Origin: Takakia lepidozioides
Lineage: Eukaryota > Plantae > Bryophyta
Direction of reading: 5' to 3'
NCBI GenBank assembly: GCA_030704615.1
Contig: CM060732.1
Coordinates: 79,794,001-79,858,000, forward strand
Length of the DNA: 64,000 nt
The notes under the pieces were generated by a model. It did no database searches and was not told where the DNA came from. It was given only the letters and a program-made list of their open reading frames with translations. A program made the position numbers and the translations under genes. Below, piece by piece: positions 50,315-64,000 of this stretch (positions are counted from its first letter, which is position 1; every line of letters starts with the position of its first letter).

Positions 50315-53300
50315 ATGAGGGGGCCCTCTCTTTTTGCGTGCCTGCCTGGCTTGACGACACACTGTTTGCTCCAGAATTTCGAGAAGAGCCACAAGGTTGT
50401 AGGTGTTCCTGAGGAGGCGCCTCTACCTCCGCCGCCACCAACTGAGGAAGTCTTTCCATCAGAGGTGCGTTGAATCTGCGAAATATTGATCCATGGCGAA
50501 AATCACACAAATCCCCTTCCATGATCCCTTACGTTGGCACAGCTATCTGGTCTGGCATGGATAACCGATCATTTTACCAAAGGATGATGTCTCTCAAAAT
50601 ACAAGCCACGACTGCTGCTTTCCTTTTTTCATATAAGTAGTGTGGATATAAGAGTGAAGTGCAAGTGAGATCAGGGCATAAGGCGCCTTTTGATCCTTTT
50701 TTAATTTTTCTCCTACTAAGTAGATGTGGAGGTGGTCAGCTCGATTTGTATGAAAAATTACACGAATCTGGTCATCAACTATGGTTCGATGTGCAGATTT
50801 GAAGGCTACTGAGACTATCTCAGAATATCATGAAGGTCAGGCTAGCAGAGGATAGAAAAGAGAGGAATGATGGTAGCGAGAGGTTATACTTTGTGGTACT
50901 TTGTTCTGGTTTGCTGTCTCAAGAAAATTGTTAGATGTTGTATGAGAAATTTCAAGCGAATCATGGTTGGAACTCTATAGGACGTTTCTTGAATCAGATG
51001 AACCAGGAAGTTGACTAATACTCTGGAGGTTGATTTATGTGGTCAGGTTGCTAAGTCCAAATCATTTGTGCCAGAGCCTGTTGTCTTACAGGGAGGGTTC
51101 ACGTTGCTCAAGGTATAATTACTGTCTTTTTCTCATTGTTGTACATTTTATGTTTGATCATCTTGTCTTTCTGTGTGGCAAGTCTTAAAGGTGTTAACTT
51201 CATGTTCTCTCTTGAAGAGATTGATTTAATGGACAGGGCCCTTGGTGGCAGAGAGCGTAGTGGTTGAGAGGGAATAATATTCAACGACCTGGTAATCTGA
51301 TGTCGTAATTTGCCAATCTCTTTGGCCAAAGATCTGTGTTCTGGGATATCCTTGTAAATCGATGATCTTTGTCAGTCGTGAAGTGGGCCTCACCAGAACT
51401 CAGTAGCACAATCAGGTCCTAATGCGTTCTCATTAACTCCTCTCCTCTTTGGTAACGTCCGTTGCAGGGGCGGGTTAATAGCACAAGCATACTAGGAGGA
51501 GCCAACACTGACTTGGTTTCTGGAAAGTACGAAGGTATGGTTGCTTTCTGGCAATTCTCTTTTACAATTTTTGTTTTTCAAGCTTCTACTGTGAAATCAA
51601 ATTTGGTTTGTGGTGTTTATGAAGGTCATGGATTCTCATCATGCTTGGGCTTTTTTGATTTGTGTACGAATGGTTTTGACTTAATGAGTTTATGTAACTG
51701 GACAGGTGGCTTAAAACTGTGGGAATGCACCATTGATCTTGTTGAGACTCTGCGGCGAGAGATTCAGGATGGACAGCTTTCCTTTCGAGGAAAACGTGTT
51801 CTTGAGGTAGGGCCATACCCCTCAAGGGCCTTGAACTCTTAGCCTATTCAACTGGTTGTGATGTCATCCGAATCATGAAGGATTCTGTCTGCTCAGGCTT
51901 GCATATTTTGGTTGGGAGCCTTCAGTTCTGTCGTCAGGCACTTGTGTGCAGATTTTAGTTGGTCCCACAAGTAAGCTGTGGTTCTGTCTGGGAGGGCACA
52001 TCCTACTTGGATTAACTCCTGGATTTCTTGTCTTGCTTGCATTCATGAGGCTGACTTTGTGCTGGTTGGTGCATGTGATTAGCTTGGATGTGGACATGGG
52101 CTACCTGGCATCCTTGCATGCATTAAGGTGAGGCAGATCAAGCTCTTAATAATCATATTGTTATTGAATGTGGCAGTGTTCTCTGAGTTGCAAAATGTTG
52201 GTAAGTTAGTTAGTTTTCTTCCCACTGTATTTAGGCATAGAGACCCTGGCTTCAAAGCAGCAGCATGTGAGTCCAATGAGTGAGATTGTTGGTACTTGTG
52301 CTGACCACCACTGATGTGAATCTTGGTGTTGACAGGGGGCATCCAGTGTTGACTTCCAGGACTTCAATGCTGAGGTGTTAAGAAGCCTCACAATACGCAA
52401 TGTCAGTGCCAACTTGGAGCAAGCTCGGAATCGGCTAGCTCGTCTCAATTCAGATGGAACTACGGCAACTAAGGCAACCAGCTTATCACCAGATGTTCAC
52501 TTTTATGCTGGGGATTGGGGAGATGTTCATAATGTTCTCTCGGTAGTGGGCCCAGGTTCCCCCCAACATGGGAGTGATGTAGACAGCGGTGAGTTCAACT
52601 TCACATTTTCTGAAAGCGATTCTGCACTCGGTTCTCACTCAAGTAATATGCGCAGTGAAAGCAAGAACAATATCAGTTGCCGCGGCTCCCAGGGTGATTT
52701 GGTGAGGAAGCTGTCTGGGAGTCGGGCTTGTGAGAGAGGTCATGCTAGCAGTGTTCAGGAAGGAGGCTATGACATTATATTAATGTCAGAGACGGTCTAT
52801 TCACTGGCATCGCAACCAAAGCTTTATGCCCTGATTAAAAAGGTCAGTTGGATACTTCTCTTCCCTCTCACTCTCCCTGTCCTTCTCTACCAAAGTTTTA
52901 ACAAGAACTATGATCAAACAGCAGTAATTCTATGTCTTTTGGAATACACAATCAAGATCGTCTTCCCATGCCTGCTCTTCTATGTATAAAGAGTGTGATA
53001 AAATCAGAAGACTCTAGGTTACCGTCAAAAGATGATGGTCCATTTTGTGGTGTTCTACACACTTGTTGCATCATCTTGCTCTGTAGGTTATGGAAGTTCT
53101 TAGTTGGTTTTCAAAGAGAGCCTCATGGTCATGTTCCCAGTGTGCCATGTCTTTCTCCCTCTCTTGGTCCATGTGAAACTGCATTTCTCTATCAACCTTT
53201 TTATCCTTGAGCCCTCTGCCAGGTATGAGCTGTGGATCCTCACATCAATTCAGTAATTTGAGTGCAGAATGCACTATCAAGTAGCTCTTTTCTGATGTCA

Positions 53301-54065
53301 CACACTGAACTTGGCCACTAGGATCCATATGGTTTTAGAGTCACAGAGTTGAAACTTACCTGCATTTGTGATGTGTGAGTGCAGTGCCTACGGCCCCCAT
53401 ATGGAGTGATGTACGTGGCTGGCAAGAAACACTATTTTGGGGTGGGAGGGGGAACACGACAATTCAAGTACCTGGTTGAAGAAGATGGTAAGTTCTTTAC
53501 TCCCCCTTTTCCAACGCACCCGAACCTATAAAAATATAGGTCAAGATATTAGTATCCTTTCCCCCTGATTCTGGTAACATATGTGCTATGCCCTTGAGTT
53601 CTGAGGTGCCCTCTCCTGTGCTCCCTGGTATCCTTGGTCAAGGAAGAGTCATCATGTTAACAGAAGGTCATGTTGGGACTCCGCCTTGGCTTTGATACTG
53701 TTTGTGCTAGTGTCCAGGGAAAGGACATACATTTAGTTAAGCTCTTGGTGTCACCTTGAATATGGTTACCATTGGTAGTGGATGCTTCACAGCTGTGGCC
53801 TGACTATAGCACACTTTGGTTGCTGGTTTATATTCTGTTTTCATGACTACCACTGCAACTGAGGGTTACAGTAATATAAACTGAGGAGGAGGACCTTATA
53901 CCCAGAGCTCAGTTTCCAGATTTGTCAAGATGAAAATTGTGTCTGTCAATGCTTATTCTGGATATATGTGGTGATTGGGCAGGGGTCATGGGTGCGCATC
54001 TGGTTGCGGATTTTGCTGATGGGTCCTCAAATGTCCGTGAAATATGGAAGTTCTTCTTCAGGTAG
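50315..54065 (+). CDS. Histidine protein methyltransferase 1 homolog (METTL18/HPM1-like), 8 coding exons
   Basis: MRGPSLFACLPGL; DLVSGKYEGGLKLWEC; GKRVLELGCGHGLPGI; FQDFNAEVL; YDIILMSETVYS; AGKKHYFGVGGG; SNVREIWKFFFR*; canonical GT-AG junctions. Confidence 0.92.
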
Positions 54066-55332
54066 CCAAGGATTCAGGAGAGAGAACCCGTGTTATGAGG
54101 AGTTAGTTATAGATATAACGGGAAGATAGCGCATGGATTAGCAGGAGAGTAGTGATAGTTCATTTCACAATTTACAAGATGCTCAACCTCAAGCCTCATC
54201 AGAGGTCACCAAGTTTTGGAAGAGGATACAGAAAATAACAGGTGTACATACTGCCAATAGCTCATTCTTTCTTCCTAATGGAACATTCTGTTTTGTAGCT
54301 CATTTCTTGATTTGGAACAAGTTGCAATTGCCAGTAGAAGGTAACTGCACATATGGATGTAATTCGTCCAATCTGATTAATGTAATACTTGAAAATTGAT
54401 CTAAAAATTTGGTTCTCTACTTGTACATTTTGCAGAAAATTATCTGGATGGTCTCAGATCTAAAACTAAAAGATGTAATAATAGCTAGCCAATGCATGTG
54501 CTGGAAGTGACCAGAAAATTATCCGCAAGAGAGAACCAGTATCTGTGTATGGCAAACGTCGCCTATCCAACTTTCAGACTAAAATCAGGATGTCAATTTT
54601 GAAATGGAATTGCACGGTGTGAAAGGGGGATCAACATGAAGCATGGAGCCCCATAAACCCACTCACTAGGCTTCTGTTTTTGTAAGTCAATATACAAGGC
54701 ATCTGAGTGATATGAAAGCCTGCTTTCTCAGACTTCCCTTGTTTAATGTACTGGGCTCCATATCCAGCCCTGGAGTGCTATCAGATCTGTTGGAGTAAAT
54801 AATGTTAAAAACACTTGAACAATTTCCTGCCTGGATCTTTTCTGCAGGGACAACTTGGATCCAAGCATCCAAACACCTCGATTCGTGCCCTCGCACAGTC
54901 AATGGTCTTATGGAGGTGGCTCAATGATAATATCATTTAACCCTGGCAGCCGTATGAAAGTCTTGATGAACTGTTATCTGGGCCCAGGGTTGAATCCTAT
55001 GTCCCTCTGACAGATAACGTAACCAGGTTGCCCGAGCATAGCAGAAGCAGCAGCTTAATACTTGGCCACTGTAATGAGGAAAGTGAAAGTGTAACCAAGC
55101 CCAATGTGGCATGGCAGCTTCCAGCCGGGTATCTTCAGGAAACAATGAGAAGCCACCCCCTGCACTTTCAGAGGTAAAAACCTCTGCGCCCTTGTGACAT
55201 TCCTCTCGGCTTAACAACAGCCAAATCATAGTCAGAGAGCTGAAACATCAGAGAGAAAAGACCACACTGGATTCGCTCCATAATCAATCTTGAATTGATG
55301 TAACCCCCACTGGGTTGTCTCGAACCCACCAA

Positions 55333-57964
55333 CTAGTCATCCAATGGCTCCTCTGAACTTTGAGCTGGCTCGTGCGATGCAGCAGGCCCTGCTTCTGGAT
55401 CACCACTAGACTCATTGCCGCAGCCTTCTAAATTCACCTCTATTTGCAACTCTGATTCACTGACGGGAGATCTCACACCCTCCAGATTTGAGGTAAATAA
55501 GATTCCCTTTCTAGGCCCCTTCCCAGTGGGTCCCTTCTTCCCTGGTGGTCCAGTACGTTTTCCTTTATCCTTATCTCCTGCAGCCCTTTTGGTCCGAGCT
55601 CCTGCCACCTCACCCTCTCCGTTGCCTCGCTCTGCAGCCATCCTTTGCTTGCCCCCTGTTTTGGTGGCAGTTCCGGACACGTTGTCCCCTTTCTTGGGAT
55701 CTTTTGATCCGTTGACAGGAGGCTTTTCTTCACACTCACTGGGTGCAAGACCTGCTGGTGTAGGAGCATGAGCCATGGGGCGAGGGGTAGGTCGGTCCCC
55801 TAGATCTTCAGGCGGGTACTGAAAGACCGGCCCAAAGTTGAACCGCACAGAACACTTCTTTTCTGGGGATGGAAGAGTATACATGGAGGCCGCTGGATAG
55901 TACTCACCTGCGTATATGTCTGTATATGCAACACCTTGACACACGCCGTTTTTGAAGAACATAATCTCACTCCCTACCCACAAACAGTGTTAGAGTATTA
56001 TTCTCGGACTTGCGTACTAGACTAAGAAACCCAGTCATACTATATTCCAAGGGCTCCACTGCTTGGGTGGATGATTTTAGTTCCTTATCCCTGTTCCTAC
56101 TTGCCCAAATCGATTTGGAGGACACCTGGTAGCAATTGCCATAAAGGAACAGGTCCAGTGTGCATATATGGAGGTAAACAACTGCTGAATCAAGAGTCAT
56201 ATATGCACATCATACCTGGTACAGGCTTAGGGGGCCCTTCAGATTTGTCAACTGGCACTGGAAATACCATCTTGGTCGTCCTGGACAGGTAGAGGTCATA
56301 CTTTGGGGCTAGAGCAGCCCCATTGGGCAAGTTGATGTAAAAACCTATTACATCTCCTTCCACATAAGCCTCTCCATAAGATTCCCGCCTTGCTTGGTGC
56401 ACCTTGCTCCCGTCCATGTCCCTGGGAATCCGTCATTTAATCATTTTGCACTCGTTTCCGTGGAGGTTCCACACTATTTCCACAGGCCTACCTACCTCCT
56501 AGGTAATGACCAGAAAAGGTAATCATACCAGCAAAATGAAAGACCGCCATAGCAAGAGGGTATACACTTACTGGGATGAGAGAGTCCAGTTATAGTGGGA
56601 CTTACATCTGAGGGAATGAGGGCCATTTGACAACTTAAAAATTGAAAGGTTGGAATTAACTCGTCTATAAAACCCCAACCCACAACTTACTATCCAATTG
56701 CTGCATATGACATGAGAACATGTCCCAAAAGCAACCCTGTAAGAACGTGAGGGAAAAGACAGGCATATGACAAGCATAGCCAGCTTCAACCAGAAGACAA
56801 TTGGTGATAACATGAATCCCCAGATGAATGGGGCACAACGCAGGTATATTTTTATGGGAAGATGTTTATTCCCTCGACACTTTCATGACTAGGATTACTA
56901 CCACAGTCATTGGATGCGAATGTGTTTTAGATGCTTTTCAGATAATGGGTGTGATAGTAATAAACAGCTCAGAACAAACAAACCTGTAGGCGTAGCTGTT
57001 GGAATCAAACCCCACAGGGGCCTGAAGATCACCTTTCCATGTGCACCAGCCCAGGCGAGTGTGCCCTGTCTTGCCCAAGTCTTTCACTGTAATTTCAAAG
57101 TACCAAGCACCATCTGCCACCCCCCGTGTGGCTCGCACCATGCGGTACCCCTTTTCACTGCTAGCAGTCAATTTGTCCGCAGAGAGCTCCACTTTCTCTG
57201 CTTTTTGGTCCTTCAAACACAGCATGTAATATTCAAGCATTGAGTTTCCGTGCTCCCACAGACTACATTTATAACAAAGTTTCCAAAAAAGAACTATGTC
57301 CCTGAATACACGCTCCATTTCGCAAATTTTCCTGGTCTTCCAGAACAACACTGAAGGCAGAGGAGATAGATATATTGACATGTGAGGTCCCTGTGAATGT
57401 CGAAGGTAGGTACGAAATTCAGCCTAAGACTTCAGAGCGCTCAGCCACAGGAATGGACTGCTGGTTGGAGAACTCGAATCGGCATAAGGTGCTAATAAGG
57501 ACAGCCCAACCAGGGTAAAAATGTGAAACACAGTTGCGTCCCCTTACCTTGGAAAGTTGGATTCCATTCTTGTCTTCAAACAGGAACCGCTGGGAGGGAT
57601 TGACTTCGATGGTGTCCTCCCGCTTCTCACCATTTCGCGGACCCGTGGCTCTGTTCCCACTCTTCTTACTCCCCTTGCGCGACGTGGTCTTGGTCCACAC
57701 GTTGGGTTTCTTCTTGGGTTTTTTCGTGACAACCTCTCCCGCCACATCACCTGGCCCTTCAGAGGCCGATGAACCCTTCCTCTTGCGCTCCGAAGTTGCC
57801 CCCTCCCTCGCACTCGCACCCTCCTCCTCAGCTTCCGAAGCAGACGATCCCTTCCTCTTTGGATCTGAGGCTCTCCTCTCCCTCACCCCCTCCTCCTCCT
57901 CCTCCTCTTCCCCTGCACCTTCTCCCCTTCCAACCTCCTCCATCTCCTCTGCACTGACCATCAT
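55333..57964 (-). CDS. TRO: ASH2L/TRAUCO-like COMPASS subunit with SPRY domain, 4 exons
   Basis: [15 protein letters not shown]; [19 protein letters not shown]; GHTRLGW..DLQAPVG; [11 protein letters not shown]; [26 protein letters not shown]. Start ATG is tentative. Confidence 0.92.
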
Positions 57965-58505
57965 CAATCTGCTCACAAGATTCTGCTCCTGTGAGCTCTC
58001 CACCCCCCTAACCCTAATTTCTTGCTAGCACCTCAATACTCAATACACATGTTGGATGAGATTCTCGAGACACGTAATTGAGGGATGGATGATTGAGTTG
58101 CCTGCATGGCATGGGCCCCCATGCCATGCAGGCAAGGCAAGGCTGCAGGGCTTCTTCATCACGATTTCTTGATTTTGAGAGTAGATTTCTAGTGTGTGGA
58201 GATGCACAGCGGTGTGTGAGTTGGATCTGATGATCGTGGAGCGCAGCCGGTGGATCGAAAAGGAAACAGGCTTTCAGATTTGGCGGCGTGATGTGGTTTG
58301 TGGTGCAGGGAAGACAGACGCAGGTGCTTGTACATGGCGCGGTTGTGAGCTTAAGCAGCATGGAAACCTAAGATCTGTAGGTCCGAGAAAGGTTCTCATG
58401 CGCTTGCAATTGGTGAAACGGAATTGCAAACGGAAGTGCCGAGTGGGGTTGTAGGGTTTAGGTTGTTACCAGGATTTTTGATCCAGCATTTGGTAGGCAG
58501 GCACC

Positions 58506-59750
58506 ATGGTGGGCTTCGACATGAACGACCGGAAAAGTGAGCCACTGTTCCTCCATCCTGTCTCTTTTCTTGCACCCCACGTTTCTCTGGCTTTGATGCT
58601 CCCTAGATCTGTAATCGAAACAACTAGACATCATTGTAGTTGACGCGGAGGCGTTGTACTTAGTTTACTTTCGCCCACAATGCCTGTGGCAATTCTCTTT
58701 CGAGGGAGGTTCGCTTAAAACTTTTCTCATCTCTTAGGTTCCCATAATCTTATAGCGGTTAGCAACGTGATCTATGATTTGTTTGCGTGCTTAAAAAGTG
58801 AGCGAAAAAGGTCGTCTCGTGTCTGAAAGAATCCAACAATTAACCCCCGGAAGGCTTTTGATCTTAAAATTGCAGAGGCCGAAGCTCAATATGATTCATT
58901 GAATGTCTGTAATCAATGATTGAGCATTTTGTGCAATCTTTAAATGATCGTCTTCAATCAGCTAGCTTCTATCTTTCCTTAGTCTACTCACATAATGTAC
59001 GCCTGGTAAACAGTGAGAAGATTGGCTGGAGCACTTGTTATGGCTCTGCAGTTTTGCCCATTGTAGCTGGTTGCTCGGTCTGGTTGAGTTGTTCACAGAT
59101 CATAGCAAACATCACCAAGCTGTGACGGAAGTAGCTGATATTTCAGCTCAAGTGATTGCTGTATATCAGAAATCCACTTGAAAATGTGATGATTTACATT
59201 GATGCTGCCATCAGAACAAGTATCCTGCTGTCACGGAAATAAACTTCTTCTGCCCTTCTTCACAAATGTATGAACTGTTAGTGAAAGAAGCATAAGTTGG
59301 CAGGATAGGGCTGCACATATCAGTTCTAGATAACCAATGATGATTCCAATCCAACATCACTCGAGCCTCATGCTGGGGGATGATATGATCCCTGATGGAA
59401 TGCAAGGCGCAGTGAAGAAATCACATGAATCTATGGATCGACCACTAAACCCAATTTCTGAAACTTGCAGGCACTACAGGCTACATACTTAGGCTTCAAT
59501 ATCCACTTAGGATGTAAATGTTGGCATGTGAGCTAAAGTGGTGGCATGGTTGGATGCAGGCACTACTGGCTACATACTTAGGCATCAAATATGCACTTTG
59601 AATGTGGATGTTAGCATGTGTGCTAATGGCATGGTTGGATGGTGCAGAAATCGGGATTGGGCTCACGGGTTTTGGTGTGTTGTTCTCCTTTCTTGGCGTC
59701 ATCTTTTTCTTCGACAAAGGTCTCCTGGCAATGGGCAATGTAATCCTTTA

Positions 59751-59799
<49 letters not shown>

Positions 59800-62244
59800 T
59801 ACACACAAGCCCCCCCCCTCCAACCTCTCTATATTCAGTTTTAGAGTCTCAAGGAAGTTTGGAAGTGATGACCCTTCTTGGGGTGCTTGCTGGATGAGTT
59901 TTGGCATCAGATTGAGCTTTGGACAAAATTTGTGAAGGTCTCACCTCTAGATTGAGCATCCAGTGATAGCAGTGGTCCCAAATCTTCTATCCTTGCATCA
60001 CTCCACTCCCACCCTTTTCTGCTCTATCCAAATAAAATCGAGGGCCAGAATGCTATTCAAGCAAAAATCTATTCAATGCTCCAGATATTTGATCATGCTA
60101 CTGCCTTATGGTAAAGATTGTGATATCTTAAGTTAATTGGGTGCTGTACATATTCAATACCCAAAATTCAACTCCTCAAGGATCTGTTTCTTTGAGAGAT
60201 GTCAGACTTTAATCCACCAAATCATTGAAAGGACATGGATGATTAGACACCTCAACAAATTTAATAGATTGTGCAGTGAGACTGTTCTGACATTTTTCTT
60301 TGATTCCACATGATCTGCAGATCCTCTTTCTTGCAGGAGTTACACTTACAATTGGCTTGAAGTCAACCATCTCCTTCTTTCTGAAGCCTCGAAACTACAA
60401 GGTGATTATTTTCCTTGATCAAATTAGGAGCTCCAATGTACCATTTCTCAGTCTTCGTCCTCTTGGGGCGATTGGCTGCCTACACACACTTACATGGTAG
60501 CCAGGTGGCAGTGTGTTTGTTAAGTGCATAAGGACAATGTGTGCACAAGCAAGTCTAGGGAATTGAAGTTGTGATGAGCTGGATACAGGGTTCCATATCA
60601 TTTGGAGTAGGCTTCTGCTTGGTGCTATTTGGGTGGGCAATTTTGGGCATGCTGGTGGAAGCGTATGGCTTTATTGTCCTCTTCAGGTACTAAATGCCCA
60701 AACCGTTTGTGCACATCTTTTTGGCTTATTGATGATTCAAGACCTATGGTGCACAATGTAAGATGGGTGTGAAAACAGGGAAGCTACTACTAGCTTTGTT
60801 TGAAAATCATCGGTTGGCTGGAAAGCTGAGCCTTGTATTTGCTTGAGACATTTAGCGCCAAAGGGACTGTTATATTTCTGCCTCTGGAGTAAACAGCATT
60901 TTACTTCACCCTGCAGAGACATATGTAGATAATAGTAGAGTGTATCATGGTCTTAAAATTTGTCTTTTATTTCCGCAATTTTCCTCTGCAGTTTGACTTG
61001 CAGTGCACCTCAGATACTTCTCTGTTAGGGAGGGGTTCAATGATGGGTAGTGTGTTGTTAATGTCGGTTAACATCCAACAGATGGCCCAGTGGTTAGGGC
61101 ACAAGGCCGCCTTACAGATGGTCGTGGATTCAAAGCCACATAGGTGTATGTTGGATGTCACCCATGATGGCCAACCCAGCCATAGAAGGGGTACCTGGGT
61201 CAGGTGGCTACTTAATGTGTGGGTACCTGGGGACTTTCAAGTCCTTGAGGGAGGGTTGGGCAACCGCGGTGCCCCGGTTACGGCTGTTAGAAGGTGTCCA
61301 CCTTCCAAACAGAAGGCAGTAGCCCATCGGGATGAAGTGACACCATTAGTTACGCTTGTTTTGGCAAGAGTCTTCCTTCATTGTTAATGCTGGGTCTCTA
61401 CGTATGAACCCTGTTCCTGGAATGGTTGTGTACAACGACTAGGCCAGTCCCTGTGGGTGAAACATCAATGACAACTGCTGGATGGTGGTGGCTATGCCAC
61501 TAGGGTACGGTGCATCCAATCTTTAGAGGGAGTGATCAAGGGTCAGAAGTGCACATATTGCTCTTTTGCCGCAAGGCTGTCATCCCTCCTATTCACCCCC
61601 TTTCTTCAATGATGTTTCTGAGAGGCTGGGTAGAAAGTTCTCTGGTTGCAGTCACTAACCTGTGTCGTGGCCGCCTTTTTGCAGTGGGTTCTGGCCAACT
61701 GTGGCGGTATTTCTGTATAGAGTTCCTGTTCTGGGGTGGATCCTTCAGCAACCTTTCCTGTTGTCGGTGAGAAATTTTTGAAGCTCTGAGCTGTTGTGAG
61801 GGATTGCAGCACATTTTGATGTTCATCTCTCTCTCTCATATCAAACTTCAAGGCAGTCAGACAGCAGTACTGAGATTGTCACACAGCCGGTTCAGGCCAC
61901 TTGGTGGTGTGCTCTGTTCTTTTGCATCATAAAGGCTGTCATCTTACCCAGGATGTTAGTGAACTTCTGATCCCTTCATTGATCACTCTCCATGTGGATT
62001 TAAGTTGATCACTAACGAACGTGCAACAAAGCTGAAAGTCCAAATTCAAAGTCTAATTTATGTCATCTATGTGTGTCACGAGTAAGAAAATCATGGATAT
62101 ATTCACTCGTGGGTGGATTGAAATTTTGTTTCACGCTGGAGAAAACGAAAGGTAGCTTGGCCAAAGTAGCTGATTGTGTGATGGTTGTTGATGATGCAGT
62201 TTTTCGATCGATTTCGGGAACGAAGGGTAAGGGTTCCAGTCTGA
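58506..62244 (+). CDS. GOT1: Vesicle transport protein GOT1-like, 6 exons
   Basis: MVGFDMNDRK-KIGIGLTGFGVLFSFLGVIFFFDKGLLAMGN-ILFLAGVTLTIG..RNYK-GSISFGVG..EAYGFIVLF-SGFWPT..PVLGW..-..RVPV*. Confidence 0.93.
59755..59794. repeat. (CT)n microsatellite in a GOT1 intron
   Basis: Visible dinucleotide run. Confidence 0.9.
61070..61500 (+). mobile_element. Putative tRNA-derived SINE in GOT1 intron 4 (3' end uncertain)
   Basis: acatccaacagatggcccagtggttagggcaca...gtggattcaaagccac parallels the head at 39963. Confidence 0.45.
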
Positions 62245-62966
62245 TGCATCTGTACCATGTATGAGGTTCCACATCGCCAGGATAGCTCGCAAATATATGA
62301 GTGTGTCGCCTCGGTTAATTTTGCATGGGAAAGGGATAGATCTTCATGGGACGATCATACTGGAGTGTCCTGGCTTTTCAGATTCATTTTTGGGAATGTT
62401 TTCAGTTTTCAGTTGCACCTAAATTATGCTCTTGACTCTCTCCATTTCATCAATATGGTTGATTTGTGTTGGTGTTCCACTGAGTGGAGTCTATGCATTT
62501 GTGAATCAAATGGAGGTGCTGTGACACTTGAGATGGAAAATTGCATAGTAGCATTGCATAAATCAGACTGAATGGCAACAATGACTGGCCATGTGTTCTA
62601 CTGTTTTAGTTGTAAAGACCAATACAGGTGGCACAAATCAGATACTTGAGACTTGTGCACGGAAGATTCCAGCTGTTGCATTCCATAGGTAAAGCTGCCC
62701 ATGGAGTACTGCTCTGCCAAAGTCAGCTGCTCTGTGAATCTCAGAAATGCACAGATGTACGGAACTCCAAAAATTTTGAATGTAAAGTGAGCCCTCAAAT
62801 TGAATTGAATTGGATTGAAGCTCATGCCCAAAGTCAAAACCTAGCAGTTGACAATTATTCACAGTGGGGCATAACGACACTTGATGTGTTAGTCACCATC
62901 GCTTGGCATTAGCCACTAAGTTGAAGCACCGATTCAAATGTCCCAGCTGGGGCGGCTGAAGCTTGA

Positions 62967-63897
62967 TCAGCCCAACTTGTAGTGCTTCAAAGGCGATACC
63001 TCCACTTGAGAAAGAATAATGTCAGCTGTGTGGCGACCAACACAAAGCGACCCTTCCTGGGTGCAACAAAAGGCATGTACATGGCCTTCCCTTTCTCTCG
63101 TCAGTGCCAGTTTTGGAACCTCCTTGGATATCTGGGAACAGAGGGGTGAGAGATGTCAGACCTTAACTGTATCCTTAGTTTCCCATATTGAACTTTTTAT
63201 GCAGTGTGGACACCGGTCTCAAAATAACCTAGCACTGATTTCACACGTAAACCTGTTACTGGCGAGAGCTGCACATAGTGACTTCACAACTGGATCTGCC
63301 GCCTCCACCTTAAACCATTCCCCACTGAAGGAAATCAAATACTGCAAATCAATACATATTATCTCCATTATAATATTCTTTCTTTTTATGATTATACTTA
63401 TATTCTTTCTTTTCATGATTATACTTTCTCCCGCCCCTTCCCTCTATCCATCTCTCCAAGAGAGAAGGCTTCCGCCACCAATATCTAAATAGTTCATCTA
63501 TCACAGATTTCAGGGCGTATGAAGTAGCCTCGCAGCCTTGCCTCACCATGATCTAACCCCACTAATTAGATGATGTAACACCTGTGAGGCACTGCTTGTG
63601 AGGGATTTATAGCAGCCACAGGGTCTGCCCTACGTGCCAAAGAGAGTGGAGGGAGAGAAATGAAATGAAATGGTGCTTTATAACGTCCGGAGAGAGAAAG
63701 AAAAAAGGAGAGAATTTCATTGCATCTGGCAGATGCCCAAAAGGCCACGATAGAAGAGAGATTGAGAAAGACAGTGAAGCTTGCATGCGCACCTCATCCA
63801 GAAGAGACAAGGGCCCCCAGTGATCATCCCTCCCAAAAAGAAAATGTATTTGACTCTGGTTTTCTCTCAGAAACTCCCAGTCCAGCTCCTTTGGTAG
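62967..63897 (-). CDS. Lipid droplet-associated hydrolase (LDAH/DUF2305)-like, last two exons; gene starts beyond the window
   Basis: Exon 63897-63793 DWEFLRENQSQIHFLFGRDDHWGP and exon 63131-62967 EREGHVHAFCCT; both in frame with GT-AG ends. Confidence 0.8.
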
Positions 63898-64000
63898 CTG
63901 TGCATCCACCAACATGGAAAACAAATCACGTGTGTTAACAAGACGTGCATAAGCTTTGTGCCTATGATAATGTACAACTGGACTTCTCAAGGCTTGAAAG

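Noticed and set aside
1-64000. CRISPR arrays, rRNA, true tRNA genes, prokaryotic operons
   Set aside because: None seen; the tRNA-like boxes lack a full cloverleaf and the repeats lack a repeat-spacer structure

Overview
This is eukaryotic DNA, most likely from a non-seed land plant (bryophyte- or lycophyte-like), judged from GT-AG introns, plant transposon families and a CYP746-like P450. The left third (1-~21 kb) is a three-layer transposon nest. The outer layer is a decayed MULE-type element: a minus-strand transposase like Arabidopsis At4g13970/At1g60560, a convergent plus-strand ParB/Srx-like (DGNHR) gene, and dense GGGGATC motif clusters in its non-coding parts. One of its introns holds a complete 15.1-kb CACTA element (2174-17297, CAG target duplication). 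That element carries head-to-head TnpD and TnpA genes, captured ribosomal protein eL27 fragments and an RTE-X LINE fragment. From 21 to 36.5 kb lies a tandem pair of P450 genes separated by LINE and CACTA debris. From 37 to 48 kb are LTR, SINE and MITE relics and an animal/fungal-type catechol O-methyltransferase pseudogene. From 50 to 64 kb is an ordinary compact gene block: METTL18/HPM1-like, ASH2/TRAUCO, GOT1 and the 3' part of LDAH-like. All protein family calls come from motif recognition by eye, not from database searches.
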